64,000 nucleotides of DNA from Macrostomum lignano (Eukaryota). How positions within the stretch are numbered: the first letter of the stretch is position 1; every line of letters starts with the position of its first letter. A program made the position numbers and the translations under genes. The stretch covers positions 1-64,000 of the forward strand of contig NIVC01001925.1 of the NCBI GenBank assembly GCA_002269645.1, in the 5' to 3' direction. This document shows, one piece after another, positions 1-15,900 of this stretch. Below the pieces are notes generated by a model. That model made no database searches, was not told the origin of the DNA, and saw nothing but the letters and a program-made list of their open reading frames with translations.

Positions 1-720
1 TGAACAATCTACAGGAATCCCAGAGTATTCACAAAAAATCTACTAGGGGAATCCCAGAGTATTCATGAACAATCTACAGGGGGAATCCCAGAGTATTCAT
101 GAACAATCTACAGGGGGAATCCCAGAGTATTCATGAACAATCCACAGGTGGAATCTCAGAGTATTCATGAACAATCTACAGGGGAATCCCATAGTATTCA
201 TGAACAATCCACAGGTGGAATCCCAGAGTATTCATGAAAAATCTACAGGGGGAATCCCAGAGTATTCATGAACAATCTACAGGGGAATCCCAGAGTATTC
301 ATGAACAATCTACAGGGGAATCCCAGAGTATTCACAAAAAATCTACTAGGGGAATCCCAGAGTATTCATGAACAATCTACAGGGGGAATCCCAGAGTATT
401 CATGAACAATCTACAGGGGAATCCAGAGTATTCATAAACAATCTACAGGGGGAATCCCAGAGTATTCATGAACAATCTACAGGGGAATCCCAGAGTATTC
501 ACAAAAAATCTACTAGGGGAATCCCAGAGTATTCATGAACAATCTACAGGGGGAATCCCAGAGTATTCATAAACAATCCACAGGGGGAATCCCAGAGTAT
601 TCATGAACAATCTACAGGGGAATCCCAGAGTATTCATAAACAATCCACAGGGGGAATCCCAGAATATTCGCGAACAAGTCATTGGGGGAATCGCAGTGTT
701 CTATGTTCTACAAGGGAATC
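1..720. repeat. Minisatellite, about 40-41-bp unit (GGGAATCCCAGAGTATTCATGAACAATCTACAG), RhoGEF intron
   Basis: Directly visible tandem copies running off the window start. Confidence 0.95.
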
Positions 721-821
721 GCACAAAGTATTCCACAAACAAGCCACTGAAAAACCTTATAATTGCCAACGGGAAATCCAACAGATTCCCGATGGGAATC
801 CCAGTGACTAGTTCCCATTAG

Positions 822-2817
<1,996 letters not shown>

Positions 2818-3892
2818 ACTGGTTTTTTTCCAAGTCAATTTGGCCTATTGCCCGATGAAAGCCGTATCTGTAGACCAAGAAGCATCCCAGAGTCGTCACA
2901 GGTAACACAGGTAGACTAGGAAAGAATTGACTTTAAGACGACTTTAAAAACGACGAAATGTCGCGGTACAAGTCGTTTAAGAGTCAGTTTGAGGTGCTTT
3001 CTTATCTTCCCACTCTGAAACGAATCTGGGACTGTAGAGTCACTATTGAGTTGGTTGCAATGACTCTTTAAGATTCTGGTCGTTTCAACGTTTTCAACGG
3101 GCTGGCTTGATAAATTAAAGTAAGGAAGCAAGATGCAATAATAACGCTTAATGGAGATTCTGAGAGTTTAACAAGAATTGCGTAATCAAATCTGATGTGT
3201 CTTTCCGTGTTTTATGAGTAAGTTTCCATTTGACCTGACCTGGTTTCCCTTATCATGCATTGTCATATGTACGAGGGTTGTCAGGCAAATCGCAGGAGGA
3301 CAGGGGCTGTATTGCTTAAACAGAGCAACAAAATTTAGAAAAACAAAGTTAAGACGGAGTCTTCAGCTCTTTCACTGGACCTCCTGTTATTCGCTGGGAC
3401 AATCCTCGTATATTTCTGTCATATTTTCACTTCATACAGATATTGTCATTGTGATGTGAGGGCACAGAGATTGATGTAATCAAATTACTTTGTTAATCAT
3501 TTTGTGTTTACTTTGAAATTCAAATTTCTACAATAGGCTGTGCTCACAATTCTATTGGTCTGTATTTATACAATACACTGTTCGCGCACGCAGATTTGTG
3601 CAGGAATCTCTATATATTTATTAATTACCAGTCATATCGTTTGTGCAGCTTGTTCTGTAGGAAATTTTTCGATCCTCTACAGCACAAACTTTGAAAGTAG
3701 TATCACCGATATATCATTCTTTGCCTCTTCGATTTATCAATCATATGTGTGGTTCAAAGGTTTTTTAAAACTGCTTTGATTAGTTCAGCTGTGTTTGGTG
3801 TACTTTAGATGTTTATCTATCAAATGTACAGTCCTGATTGATATTGTGCATGCATTCGTCTGAATACGGGTCCATTCGTTCCCTGTTACCCT

Positions 3893-4735
3893 TCTCCAAT
3901 CCCTTACCCCAATGCACACACGCCCCTCCCCAATCCTTTACCCAATGTACACACGCCCCTCCCCAATCCCTTACCCCAATGTACACACGCCCTTCCCCAA
4001 TCCCTTACCCAATGTACACACGCCCTCCCCAATCTTTTACCCCAATGTACACACGCCCCTCCCCAATCCTTTACCCCAATGTACACACGCCCCTCCCCAA
4101 TCCCTTACCCCAATGTACACACGCCCTTCCCCAATCCCTTACCCCAATGTACACACGCCCCTCCCCAATCTTTTACCCCAATGTACACACGCTCCTCCCA
4201 GTCCCTTACCCCAATGTACACACGTCCCTCCCGAATCTCTTACCCCAATGTACACACGCCCCTCCCCAATCTTTTACCCCAATGTACACACGCCCTTCCC
4301 CAATCTCTTACCCCACTGTACACACGTCCCTCCCGAATCTCTTACCCCAATGTACACACGCCCTTCCCCAATCCTTTACCCCAATGTACACACGCCCCTC
4401 CCCAATCTTTTACCCCAATGTACACACGCTCCTCCCCAATCCCTTACCCCAATGTACACACGCTCCTCCCCAATCCCTTACCCCAATGTACACACGTCCC
4501 TCCTGAATCTCTTATCCCAATGTACACACGCCCTTCCCCAATCCCTTACCCCAATGTACACACGCCCTTCCCCAATCCCTTTACCCCAATGTACACACGC
4601 CCTTCCCCAATCCCTTACCCCAATGTACACACGCCCTTCCCCAATCCCTTTACCCCAATGTACACACGCCCTTCCCCAATCCCTTACCCCACTGTACACA
4701 CGCCCTCCCCAACTCCCACCCCAATGTACACAACT
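3893..4735. repeat. About 34-bp minisatellite (CCCCAATGTACACACGCCCCTCCCCAATCCCTTA)
   Basis: Directly visible. Confidence 0.95.
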
Positions 4736-5741
4736 TGTGCATACTTCATTCAGCATTAATAAGGCGCTATCTGTTTGATTAACGACAGCAGATAATTATT
4801 TCTGCGATAAAGTTAAGGATATTAAATAAATCATATTTTTTAAAGTATCTATTTCAAACATCTTATTGCCTATCTCAGACTTTTGCGTTTTTTGTTTTTT
4901 GGATTTATAATCTCAACTGCTGCTTAATTCTTTAATTACTGTACCTGAATCCGTCTGCAGTTGAGGGCAAACATTAACGTTATTTTTTTCTTGTGGGATT
5001 TGGCTTACTTTTTTGCTGATAAATGTTTTGTTTTTTTCATATGTAGTTTATTTATTTAATTCGTGTTTATGCTGTTCCGTATCTGGTTAAGTGTTAGCAG
5101 TCACTCAGTAGAACAGAAACTGAATAATTGTCTCTCAAATTTTCCTACACTACCTCCGCTTATTGGTTTATGGAATCTTTCATTGATTAGGCGATCAATC
5201 AGAAATTTTCATCAGTCGATCTCAACAGACAATCGCACACACCCAGTAATTTCTCATTCCTTTGGTGTTTGGTGCACAGTTCAGTACGTCATGTACTTTT
5301 TTAACTGTTATAGAGAGCTTTGTGTATATGCTGATATAGCATAATAAGACAAATATTTAATTCTTATTGATTTGTTTTCAATCTTTATATAAGGATGCTT
5401 TGTTTGAATTGTACACAAATTACAATTGGGGAGCATATTTATACTTCAGTATCACGCGGTCATAAATTAAAACACTTCCGTGATGCATTGAGTTGTTTGC
5501 TTCAGTTCGATTTTCTTTCAAATTGTTTCTTTTTTTGCGCTTTTTCTTTGTGTCTGTCCCTCCCTCTGCAGTTTGTTATGTTGTCCTCTGTACGCAGTTT
5601 TCGATTGGGTTGCTCTCTAAAGCCGTCTCACTGTCATATTTGTGATTTTTATTTAAACTGATGATGAGCTCCATTTTCTGCTTTGTTTCCTTTCTAATTA
5701 ATTAGATTAGGTTTGTTGCCTTCAACATTAGCTTAGTACCT

Positions 5742-6431
5742 TCCCTACACCCTTCCCTACACCCTTCCCTACACCCTTCCCTATACCCTTCCCTATACCC
5801 TTCCCTACACCCTTCCCTATACCCTTCCCTACACCCTTCTCTGCACCCTTCCCTACACCCTTCCCTACACCCTTCTCTGCACCCTTCCCTACACCCTTCC
5901 CTATACCCTTCCCTACACCCTTCCCTACACCCTTCCCTACACCCTTCCCTACACCCTTCCCTACACCCTTCCCTACACCCTTCCCTATACCCTTCCCTAT
6001 ACCCTTCCCTACACCCTTCCCTACACCCTTCCCTACACCCTTCCCTACACCCTTCCCTATACCCTTCCCTATACCCTTCCCTACACCCTTCCCTATACCC
6101 TTCCCTACACCCTTCTCTGCACCCTTCCCTACACCCCTATACCCTTCTCTGCACCTTTCCTACACCCTTCCCTACACCCTTCCCTACACCCTTCCCTACA
6201 CCCTTCCCTACACCCTTCCCTACACCCTTCCCTACACCCTTCCCTACACCCTTCCCTACACCCTTCCCTACACCCTTCCCTACACCCTTCCCTACACCCT
6301 TCCCTACACCCTTCCCTACACCTTTCCTACACCTACACCTTTCCTACACCCTTCCCTACACCCTTCCCTACACCCTTCCCTACACCCTTGTCTGCACCCT
6401 TCCCTGCACCCTTCCCTACACCCTTCCCTAC
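5742..6431. repeat. 13-bp minisatellite (CCCTTCCCTACAC)
   Basis: Directly visible. Confidence 0.95.
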
Positions 6432-6449
6432 TTTCTTATTCCATTCATC

Positions 6450-6821
6450 AAAAGTCTCAGGTATATCCGCCACCCTTCATTCCCTGCACTGCAAGAGTCT
6501 CGGGTAGATCCGCCACCCTTCATTCCCTGCACTGCAAAAGTCTCAGGTAGATCCGCCACCCTTTATCCCCTGCACCGCAAAAGTCTCAGGTAGATCCGCC
6601 ACCCTTCATCCCCTGCACTGCAAAAGTCTCAGGTAGATCCGCCACCCTTCATTCCCTGCACCGCAAAAGTCTCAGGTAGATCCGCCACCCTTCATTCCCT
6701 GCACTGCAAAAGTCTCAGGTAGATCCGCCACCCTTCATTCCCTGCACTGCAAAAGTCTCAGGTAGATCCGCCACCCTTCATTCCCTGCACTGCAAAAGTC
6801 TCAGGTAGATCCGCCACCCTG
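6450..6821. repeat. 43-bp minisatellite (GTAGATCCGCCACCCTTCATTCCCTGCACTGCAAAAGTCTCAG), about 9 copies, upstream of the EDEM3 ATG
   Basis: The GT of the unit recurs at 6461, 6504, 6547 ... 6805. Confidence 0.95.
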
Positions 6822-6956
6822 ACTGCTCCGCAGCTGTTCATGACGTCATCAAAACTGGGCGACAGCAGAGTCTACAGCAATAACGGCAGAAGCGGAGCCA
6901 GCAACAGCAGAAGATAGCCTTTTCTTTACCGAGAAGATTAGCTTGCAACACACAAA

Positions 6957-9900
6957 ATGCAAAATTCCCATTTGGTTCTGCTGCTTTTATTGTGCCTAGT
7001 CTGCTTCAGCAGGGCCATGCAGGACTCGGAGCGGCTGCGGCTCAGAGACAAGGCCAAGTCCATGTTTCAGCACGCCTACGACAACTACATGACTCACGCC
7101 TACCCAGCGGACGAGCTCATGCCCGTCAGCTGCCGAGGCCGCTACCGCGGCTCTGAACCGTCCAGAGGCGACATCGACGACTGCCTTGGCAACTATTCTC
7201 TGACGCTGATTGACAGCTTGGATACTCTGCTGCTGCTCAACGAGCCTGAGCCGTTTGAGTACGCTGTCCGACTGGTTGTCGACAATGTCCGCTTTAACAC
7301 TGATGTGGTCGTGTCCGTGTTCGAGGCCAACATCCGGGTGGTTGGCGGCCTGCTTGGCGGTCACGTGGGCTCGCTGGTGCTGAAGCATCGGTTCGGCCGG
7401 ATGTCCTGGTACAGCGACCAGCTGCTGTCCATGGCTGTGGATCTGGGCAACCGGCTTCTGCCGGCATTCAACACCAGCACTGGCATTCCCTATCCTAGGG
7501 TCAACCTGCGGCATGGCGTGCCCGACAGGTGAGGGGTCAGGTGGGTGGGGGCTTTTTGACGGGTCAAAAAGGTCAAGCTGATTGACATTGTCAAATGTGA
7601 GATGGGTCAGCTGACCTCCCTATTGGATATCGCATCTTATTAAAGAGCGGTCAGTAGACCTCCCTACTAGATATCGCATATTAGTAAGGGTGGTCAGCTG
7701 ACCTATTAGATGTCGTATCCTAGTAGCGATAACATCTGAGTAAAGAGGGGTCAATTGACATCACTATAACATAACATATACCACTAGACCCCGTGGTGAG
7801 CAGTGCACTGTATAAATAATCCAATGAATGGCAGGTTCGCCAGAAACCAGCACCAGGACACATGTACAGCCTGCGCAGGCAGCATGCTATTGGAATTTGC
7901 CGCTCTGTCTCGCTTCTCTGGTAATCCCGAGTTCGAACTCCGCGCCAGACGCGCTTTGGACGCTCTGTGGAGCCAGCGAAATCTACACTCCAACCTGGTT
8001 GGCACCGTTATTAACATTCACAACGGAGACTGGGTGCGGAAGGAGAGCGGAATCGGGGCTGGCATCGACTCCTACTATGAGTACCTGTTCAAGGCCTACG
8101 TGCTGCTAGGGGAGGAGGTGAGTGGGCTGTCTTTGTTCTGGGTTGCTGTGAATCAGAATTGAGAGCTCAGCCAATCAGGATTGAAGGCTCAGCCAATTAG
8201 AAGTGAGGGCTCAGCCAATCAAGAGAAAGAGCTCAGCCAATCAGGAGAAAGAGCTCAGCCAATCAAAATTGAAGGCTCAGCCAATCAGAATTGAAGGCTC
8301 AGCCAATCAGAATTGAAGGCTCAGCCAATCAGGATTGAAGGCTCAGCCAATTAGGAGTGAGAGCTCAGCCAATTAGAAGTGAGGGCTCAGCCAATCAGGA
8401 GAAAGAGCTCAGCCAATCAGAATTGAAGGCTCAGCCAATCAGAATTGAAGCTCAGCCAATCAGAATTGAAGGCTCAGCCAATTAGGAGTGAGAGCTCAGC
8501 CAATAGAAGTGAGAGCTCAGCCAATCAGAATTGAAGGCTCAGCCAATCAGGAGTAAGGGCTCAGCAAATCAGGTGTGAGAGCTCAGCCAATCAGGAGTGA
8601 GAGCTCAGTCAGTCAGGAGTGAGGGCTCAGCCAATCAGGAGTGAGGGCTCAGCCAATCAAAAGTGAGTGCAAATAACTCAGCCAATCGCTAATTGTCCAC
8701 CTCAGGTGTACCTGCACCGATTCTCCAAGCACTACGAGGCGGTGCAAAACTACCTGCAACTGTGCCGACCGCCTCTGCTATCCGACGTCCTGATGCACCA
8801 GCCTCTGACTCGGACCAGAAACTTCATGGACGCATTGGCGGCATTTTGGCCGGGGCTTCAGGTCATGACTGGCGACTTGAAACCCGCCGTGGAACTGCAC
8901 GAGATTCTCTATCAGGTTTGGATTCGGGACTGTGTCGGACTAGAGAATCCGGGACTAGATATTCGGGACTAGCTAAATCCGGTGTCTCGTCTTAAAAAAT
9001 CCTGCGTTGTTTTATTTTTCTGAATGAAATAAGACGACAAACGTATTTGGCCAAATACTTTTCAGTTATCCGAACTCATTCGGTCATCTTGAATTCTCTC
9101 ATTAAATTAGACAATAAATTATTACTGCAGAGTACATTGCAACAAAAAGACAACAATCCAGAACTGAATGAATTGTTTAAGTCCTACTTTTTTCTAGATC
9201 TTGCCAATTTGAACTTGTGCAACAATTATTTTAATATTATTTTATAAGAGCCTAAAATCACTCTTAAAGTATTAGAAATTCCTGAAATCATTTATTCGTG
9301 GTATGTCTTCAGTGGTGGCCATTGATCGCTGTACATTTCCCTCGCGAGTCCGTACAGGTTGTTGCTTAGGACGACACGTTCGACCGTGTAAACCTTGGTA
9401 CACCACGGTGTCTTCAGTTCGCCGCCTTTCCGATCGTCGCGGACAAGCTTGCGCAGCCTGCCGTCCCGGTGAAATCGCCCTGCAGCTTCGATCAATCGAC
9501 AGATTTTTTTGATCTTCCACCTCCAGGCGACGCTCCGTTGACCGCTGGCGCTTCTTCTGACATCATAGAGCACCTTTTGTCGAACTTACTGTCTAGATTT
9601 AGATGTAATGATGAAAGTCTGAGGACTTCGAAATTTTGTTAACAGTCTTGCGGACAAGAATGCGTGGCTATAGAAACCGGCAGTATTCATTTCAAGGTGA
9701 TATCAGATCACGGCTTAAACTGTGATTATTGACAGGTTTTTAATCTCGTAAATCCCAGATGGAAATCAGCCTGAAAGTGCGCCCAGATCTGGGCCCAGAT
9801 AAAATAACGCATCCAAAGTTCTTCAGCCTAATACTTTTCTGCCTAGGATAATGTTGGCATAGCACCGGGACTAGACATTCCGGACTAGAGAACCCGGGAC

Positions 9901-12900
9901 TAGACATTCCGGACTAGAGAACCCGGGACTAGACATTCCGGACTAGAGAATCCGGGACTAGACATTCCGGACTAGAGAACCCGGACTAGACATTCCGGAC
10001 TAGAGAATCCGGGACTAGACATTCCGGACTAGAGAACCCGGACTAGACATTCCGGACTAGAGAACCCGGACTAGACATTCCGGACTAGAGAACCCGGACT
10101 AGACATTCCGGACTAGAGAATCCGGGACTAGACATTCCGGACTAGAGAATCCGGGACTAGACATTCCGGACTAGAGAACCCGGACTAGACATTCCGGACT
10201 AGAGAACCCGGACTAGACATTCCGGACTAGAATCCGGGACTAGAGAATCCGGGACTTCTAAGGCAGAGCGATGCACTTTTCAGCTACATCATCTATTGAT
10301 CCTACTGACAGTAGCATGCATCGAGTATCGCTGAAGATGACTACCCGACCTCCAACAGGTGGTCCAGCGCTACAACTTCATCCCGGAAGCGTTCACGCCC
10401 GACTTTCACGTTCACTGGGCTCATCACCCTCTCCGGCCTGAGTTCATCGAGTCCACGTACTTTCTATACAAAGCCACGCGCGATCCGCATTACCTGGAGG
10501 TGGGCAAGAGGGTTATTAATAACTTGGAGAAGTACTCGAGGACTGAGTGCGGCTACGCCGCCATCTCCGACGTGCGGACTATGGAGAAATCTGATCAGCT
10601 GGACAGCTTCGTGCTGGCTGAGACATTTAAGTGAGCGGGAAGGAGATCTTTCAAAGGGGATATTTTAGGGTGGGGGAATTACATGTAGTCTGGTGCCTCA
10701 GATGTTGCCCATTTCTGAAATGAATCTCCTCTTCCCCGAATCTTCTAGTCCCTAATTATCCCAATCCATAAATATTCTCTGTCCTTAAGTATACTAATAC
10801 CTAAATATCCCCAAATTATCCCAATCCCTTAAGGTCCCAATCTATAAATATCCCAATCCCTTAATATCCCAATCTATATATCCCAATCTATAAATATCCC
10901 AATCCATAAATATCCCAAGTCCCTAATTATCCCAATCCATAAATATCCCAATCCCTTAATGTCCCAATCTATAAATATCCCAATCCCTTAATTTCCCAAT
11001 CTATAAATATCCTAATCCCTAAATATCCCAATCCATAGATATCCCAGTCCCTAATTTTCCCAATCTCTAACTATCACAATTGATAAATATCCCAATCCAT
11101 AGATATCCCAGTCCCTAATTTTCCCAATCTCTAACTATCACAATTGATAAATATCCCAATCCATAGATATCCCAGTCCCTAATTTTCCCAATCTCTAACT
11201 ATCACAATTGATAAATATCCCAATCCATAGATATCCCAGTCCCTAATTTTCCCAATCTCTAACTATCACAATTGATAAATATCCCAATCCATAGATATCC
11301 CAGTCCCTAATTTTCCCAATCTCTAACTATCACAATTGATAAATATCCCAATCCATAGATATCCCAGTCCCTAATTTTCCCAATCTCTAACTATCACAAT
11401 TGATAAATATCCCAATCCATAGATATCCCAGTCCCTAATTTTCCCAATCTCTAACTATCACAATTGATAAATATCCCAATCCATAGATATCCCAGTCCCT
11501 AATTTTCCCAATCTCTAACTATCACAATTGATAAATATCCCAATCCATAGATATCCCAGTCCCTAATTTTCCCAATCTCTAACTATCACAATTGATAAAT
11601 ATCCCAATCCATAGATATCCCAGTCCCTAATTTTCCCAATCTCTAACTATCACAATTGATAAATATCCCAATCCATAGATATCCCAGTCCCTAATTTTCC
11701 CAATCTCTAACTATCACAATTGATAAATATCCCAATCCATAGATATCCCAGTCCCTAATTTTCCCAATCTCTAACTATCACAATTGATAAATATCCCAAT
11801 CCATAGATATCCCAGTCCCTAATTTTCCCAATCTCTAACTATCACAATTGATAAATATCCCAATCCATAGATATCCCAGTCCCTAATTTTCCCAATCTCT
11901 AACTATCACAATTGATAAATATCCCAATCCATAGATATCCCAGTCCCTAATTTTCCCAATCTCTAACTATCACAATTGATAAATATCCCAATCCATAGAT
12001 ATCCCAGTCCCTAATTTTCCCAATCTCTAACTATCACAATTGATAAATATCCCAATCCATAGATATCCCAGTCCCTAATTTTCCCAATCTCTAACTATCA
12101 CAATTGATAAATATCCCAATCCATAGATATCCCAGTCCCTAATTTTCCCAATCTCTAACTATCACAATTGATAAATATCCCAATCCCTAAATATTGCGAT
12201 GCCTAAATCTCCCAATCCATTAACCCCCAATCCTTGAATCTCCCAGTTCCCCTAAGCCCCATTCCGTATTCCATAAATCCTTACAACTATCCAAATTCAC
12301 TGTTCCCCATCTCACTCACTCCATGCCGTCCCATTTCGCCGCCGCAGGTACCTTTACCTTCTATTCGCGAACGATTCCGACCTTCCAGTGGATTTGGACG
12401 CCTACGTGTTCACCACAGAGGCCCACCTGTTGCCGCTTGAGCTGGCCAACTTGGCTATTAAACCGCCGAAATCTGCGGGTGAATAATCCCTTTGTGTTTG
12501 CGGACGTTTGGGACCTTCAGCCATTCACTCCCCCATTCACAAATTACTCCCCCATTCACCATTCACTCCCCATTCACCATTAACCATTCACTCATTCGCT
12601 CACTCACTCACTCATTCATTCATTCACTTACTCACTCACTCACTCATTCATTCACTCACTGGCTCACTCACTCACTCACTCACTCACTCACTCACTCACT
12701 CACTCACTCACTCACTCACTCACTCGCTCACTCACTCACTCACTCACTCACTCACTCACTCACTCACTCACTCGCTCACTCACTCACTCACTCACTCACT
12801 CACTCACTCACTCACTCACTCGCTCACTCACTCACTCACTCACTCACTCACTCGCTCACTCACTCACTCACTCACTCACTCACTCGCTCACTCACTCACT

Positions 12901-15900
12901 TACTAATTCATTAGCTCCCCATCCGCACGAACTCCAGCACCGTCCGCGTCAACGTCAACCAGTCGGCGCCAGCCTCAGCAGGCGGCGCTGCTGTCAGTCA
13001 TGAATGACAGCTGCCCGAACTACAACCTGCGCAGGCGACTGTTCGGAGCCGACGACACCGCCTTCCACTGGCGCCGTAGGCTGCAACTGAAACCGTCTGT
13101 AGCTCCGGGCGCAGCCATTCCCGATGCCAGCCAGCAGAAGAGCGTCCTGCCATTCGATCCCAGAGAGCTGGACGCCAACAATCCGGAGCAGCAGGCCGCC
13201 CTGGTCAGCATGGGCATCGCCACGGTGCGCACAGGCAGCGGCCAGTTGCAGCTGTTCCACAATCCCGACAATGCCGAGTCGCCCGAACTTGGCCGGGTAG
13301 GCCTGGCCTTTATGCAGGCTATGATCAACTTGGCCGCTATGACCGTTAATAAGAATGAGCAGATGCAGCATCCGCCTAATTATTTGTACTGCCCGATTCC
13401 TGCGAGCTCCAAGGACTCCTTCAATGCCACTATTTTGGGTGAGCGGTGTGCGTCTCTTGAGGTTTCTGGAGTTGGTGTCTCAGTTTGATAATGGTCATTT
13501 CACTGTCACTAATCTGCCGGGGTCATCACTGATCCACTGAGGTCATCACTAATCCACTGGGGTCATCACTAATCCACCGGGGTCATCGCTAATCCACTGA
13601 GGTCATCACTAATCCACTGAGGTCATCACTAATCCACCGGGGTCATCACTAATCCACTGGGGTCATCACTAATCCACTGGGGTCATCACTAATCCACTGG
13701 GATCATCACTAATCCACTGGGGTCATCACTAATCCACTGGGGTCATCACTAATCCACTGGGGTCATCACTAATCCACCGGGGTCATCGCTAATCCACCGG
13801 GGTCATCGCTAATCTACTGGGGTCAGCACTAATCCACCGGGGTCATCACTAATCCACTGGGGTCATCACTAATCCACTGGGGTCATCACTAATCCACTGG
13901 GGTCATCACTAATCCACTGGGATCATCACTAATCCACTGGGGTCATCGCTAATCCACTGGGGTCATCACTAATCCACTGGGGTCATCACTTATCCACTTG
14001 GGTCATCACTAATCCACCGGGGTCATCACTTACCCACTGGGGTCATCACAAATCCACCGGGGTCATCGCTAATCCACTGGGGTCATCACTAATTCACTGA
14101 GGTCATCACTAATCCACTGGGGTCATCACTAATCCACCGGGGTCATCGCTAATCCACTGGGGTCATCACTAATCCACTGAGGTCATCACTAATCCACTGA
14201 GGTCATCACTAATCCACTGGGGTCATCACTAATCCACCGGGGTCATCGCTAATCCACTGGGGTCATCACTAATCCACTGGGGTCATCACTAATCCACCGG
14301 GGTCATCGCTAATCCACTGGGGTCATCACTAATCCACCGGGGTCATCGCTAATCCACTGGGGTCATCGCTAATCCACTGGGGTCATCGCTAATCCACTGG
14401 GGTCATTGCCAATCCGCCCGCAGGCTCCACGGAGACTCAGGTCGGCCCATCCCAGTTCGGTCCGCCAATGTCTGTCACTGGAGAGTCGCACCTGGGCTAC
14501 CTGCTCTGGCCGTCGCGTCCCGGCGGCATCGACGGCTGCACCTTGGAGTCTCTGGACCCGCTGCCGCGGCTGTCGGCAAGCCGCCCGATGCCCTGGCTGC
14601 TGGTGCTGCGCCGCGGCGGCTGCCTGTTTGTTCAGAAGGCGCGCAACGCCGAAGCAGTGGGTGCAGCCGGAGTGATCATCGCCGACAACCAGCCGGTTGA
14701 TCTGACGGGAGCCAGTCTGGGCAGCGAGCAGGTGCTGTTCGCCATGTCCTCTGACGGCGGCCCGAATGTCACTCTGCCAGCTGTGTTCACCTTCTCCAGA
14801 GATGCGCGCAACCTGCTGGACTTGGCGCTGTTCTTCAGCGGCCCAGCCCCGATTGTGCTGGCCGGCAGGAAGCTGAGCCGCGAACGGCTGGCCGAGCACT
14901 GGGAGAGCGTCCTGGACGGCCAGTACTCGGGGCTGACGGTGAGTTCCTTCAATCCACGTTATCTTCGGAACCTGAAGTGTGCCTACGTGAGGTACCTGAT
15001 TATAACTGCGTGAGGTACCTGATTATAACTGCGTGAGGTACCTGATTATAACTGCGTGAGGTACCTGATTATAACTGCGTGAGGTACCTGATTATAACTA
15101 CGTGAGGTACCTGATTATAACTGCGTGAGGTACCTGATTATAACTGCGTGAGGTACCTGATTATAACTACGTGAGGTACCTGATTATAACTGCGTGAGGT
15201 ACCTGATTATAACTGCGTGAGGTACCTGATTATAACTACTTGAGGTACCGGATTATAACTGCGTGAGGTACCTGATTATAACTACGTGAGGTACCTGATT
15301 ATAACTGCGTGAGGTACCTGATTATAACTGCCTGAGGTACCTGATTATAACTTCGTGAGGTACCTGATTATAACTACCTGAGGTACCTGATTATAACTGC
15401 GTGAGGTACCTGATTATAACTACGTGAGGTACCTGATTATAACTGCGTGAGGTACCTGATTATAACTGCGTGAGGTACCTGATTATAACTACGTGAGGTA
15501 CCTGATTATAACTGCGTGAGGTACCTGATTATAACTGCGTGAGGTACCTGATTATAACTACGTGAGGTACCGGATTATAACTGCGTGAGGTACCTGATTA
15601 TAACTACGTGAGGTACCTGATTATAACTGCGTGAGGTACCTGATTATAACTGCGTGAGGTACCTGATTATAACTGCGTGAGGTACCTGATTATAACTGCG
15701 TGAGGTACCTGATTATAACTGCGTGAGGTACCTGCAGTATCCTTGGTACATTTAAAGTGCATTCTGGCCTTCGTTCTTTGAAAGATAGTCCAGGAATAGA
15801 TTAAGGATGATTGAGTTACTAGAAAGCAGTCAACTGCTTCCAAATGAAATATGATAATATAATTAACCCTTTTAATCTCCTATTTTTCAGAATAAATTAT

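Noticed and set aside
9460-9505. [12 protein letters not shown] as a Cas3/SF2 helicase motif VI
   Set aside because: No other helicase motifs are nearby, and the downstream residues fit an integrase tail better.
8960-9870. Helitron ends for the EDEM3 intron 3 insertion
   Set aside because: CTAG is part of the flanking repeat itself, and no convincing subterminal hairpin or 5' TC was found.
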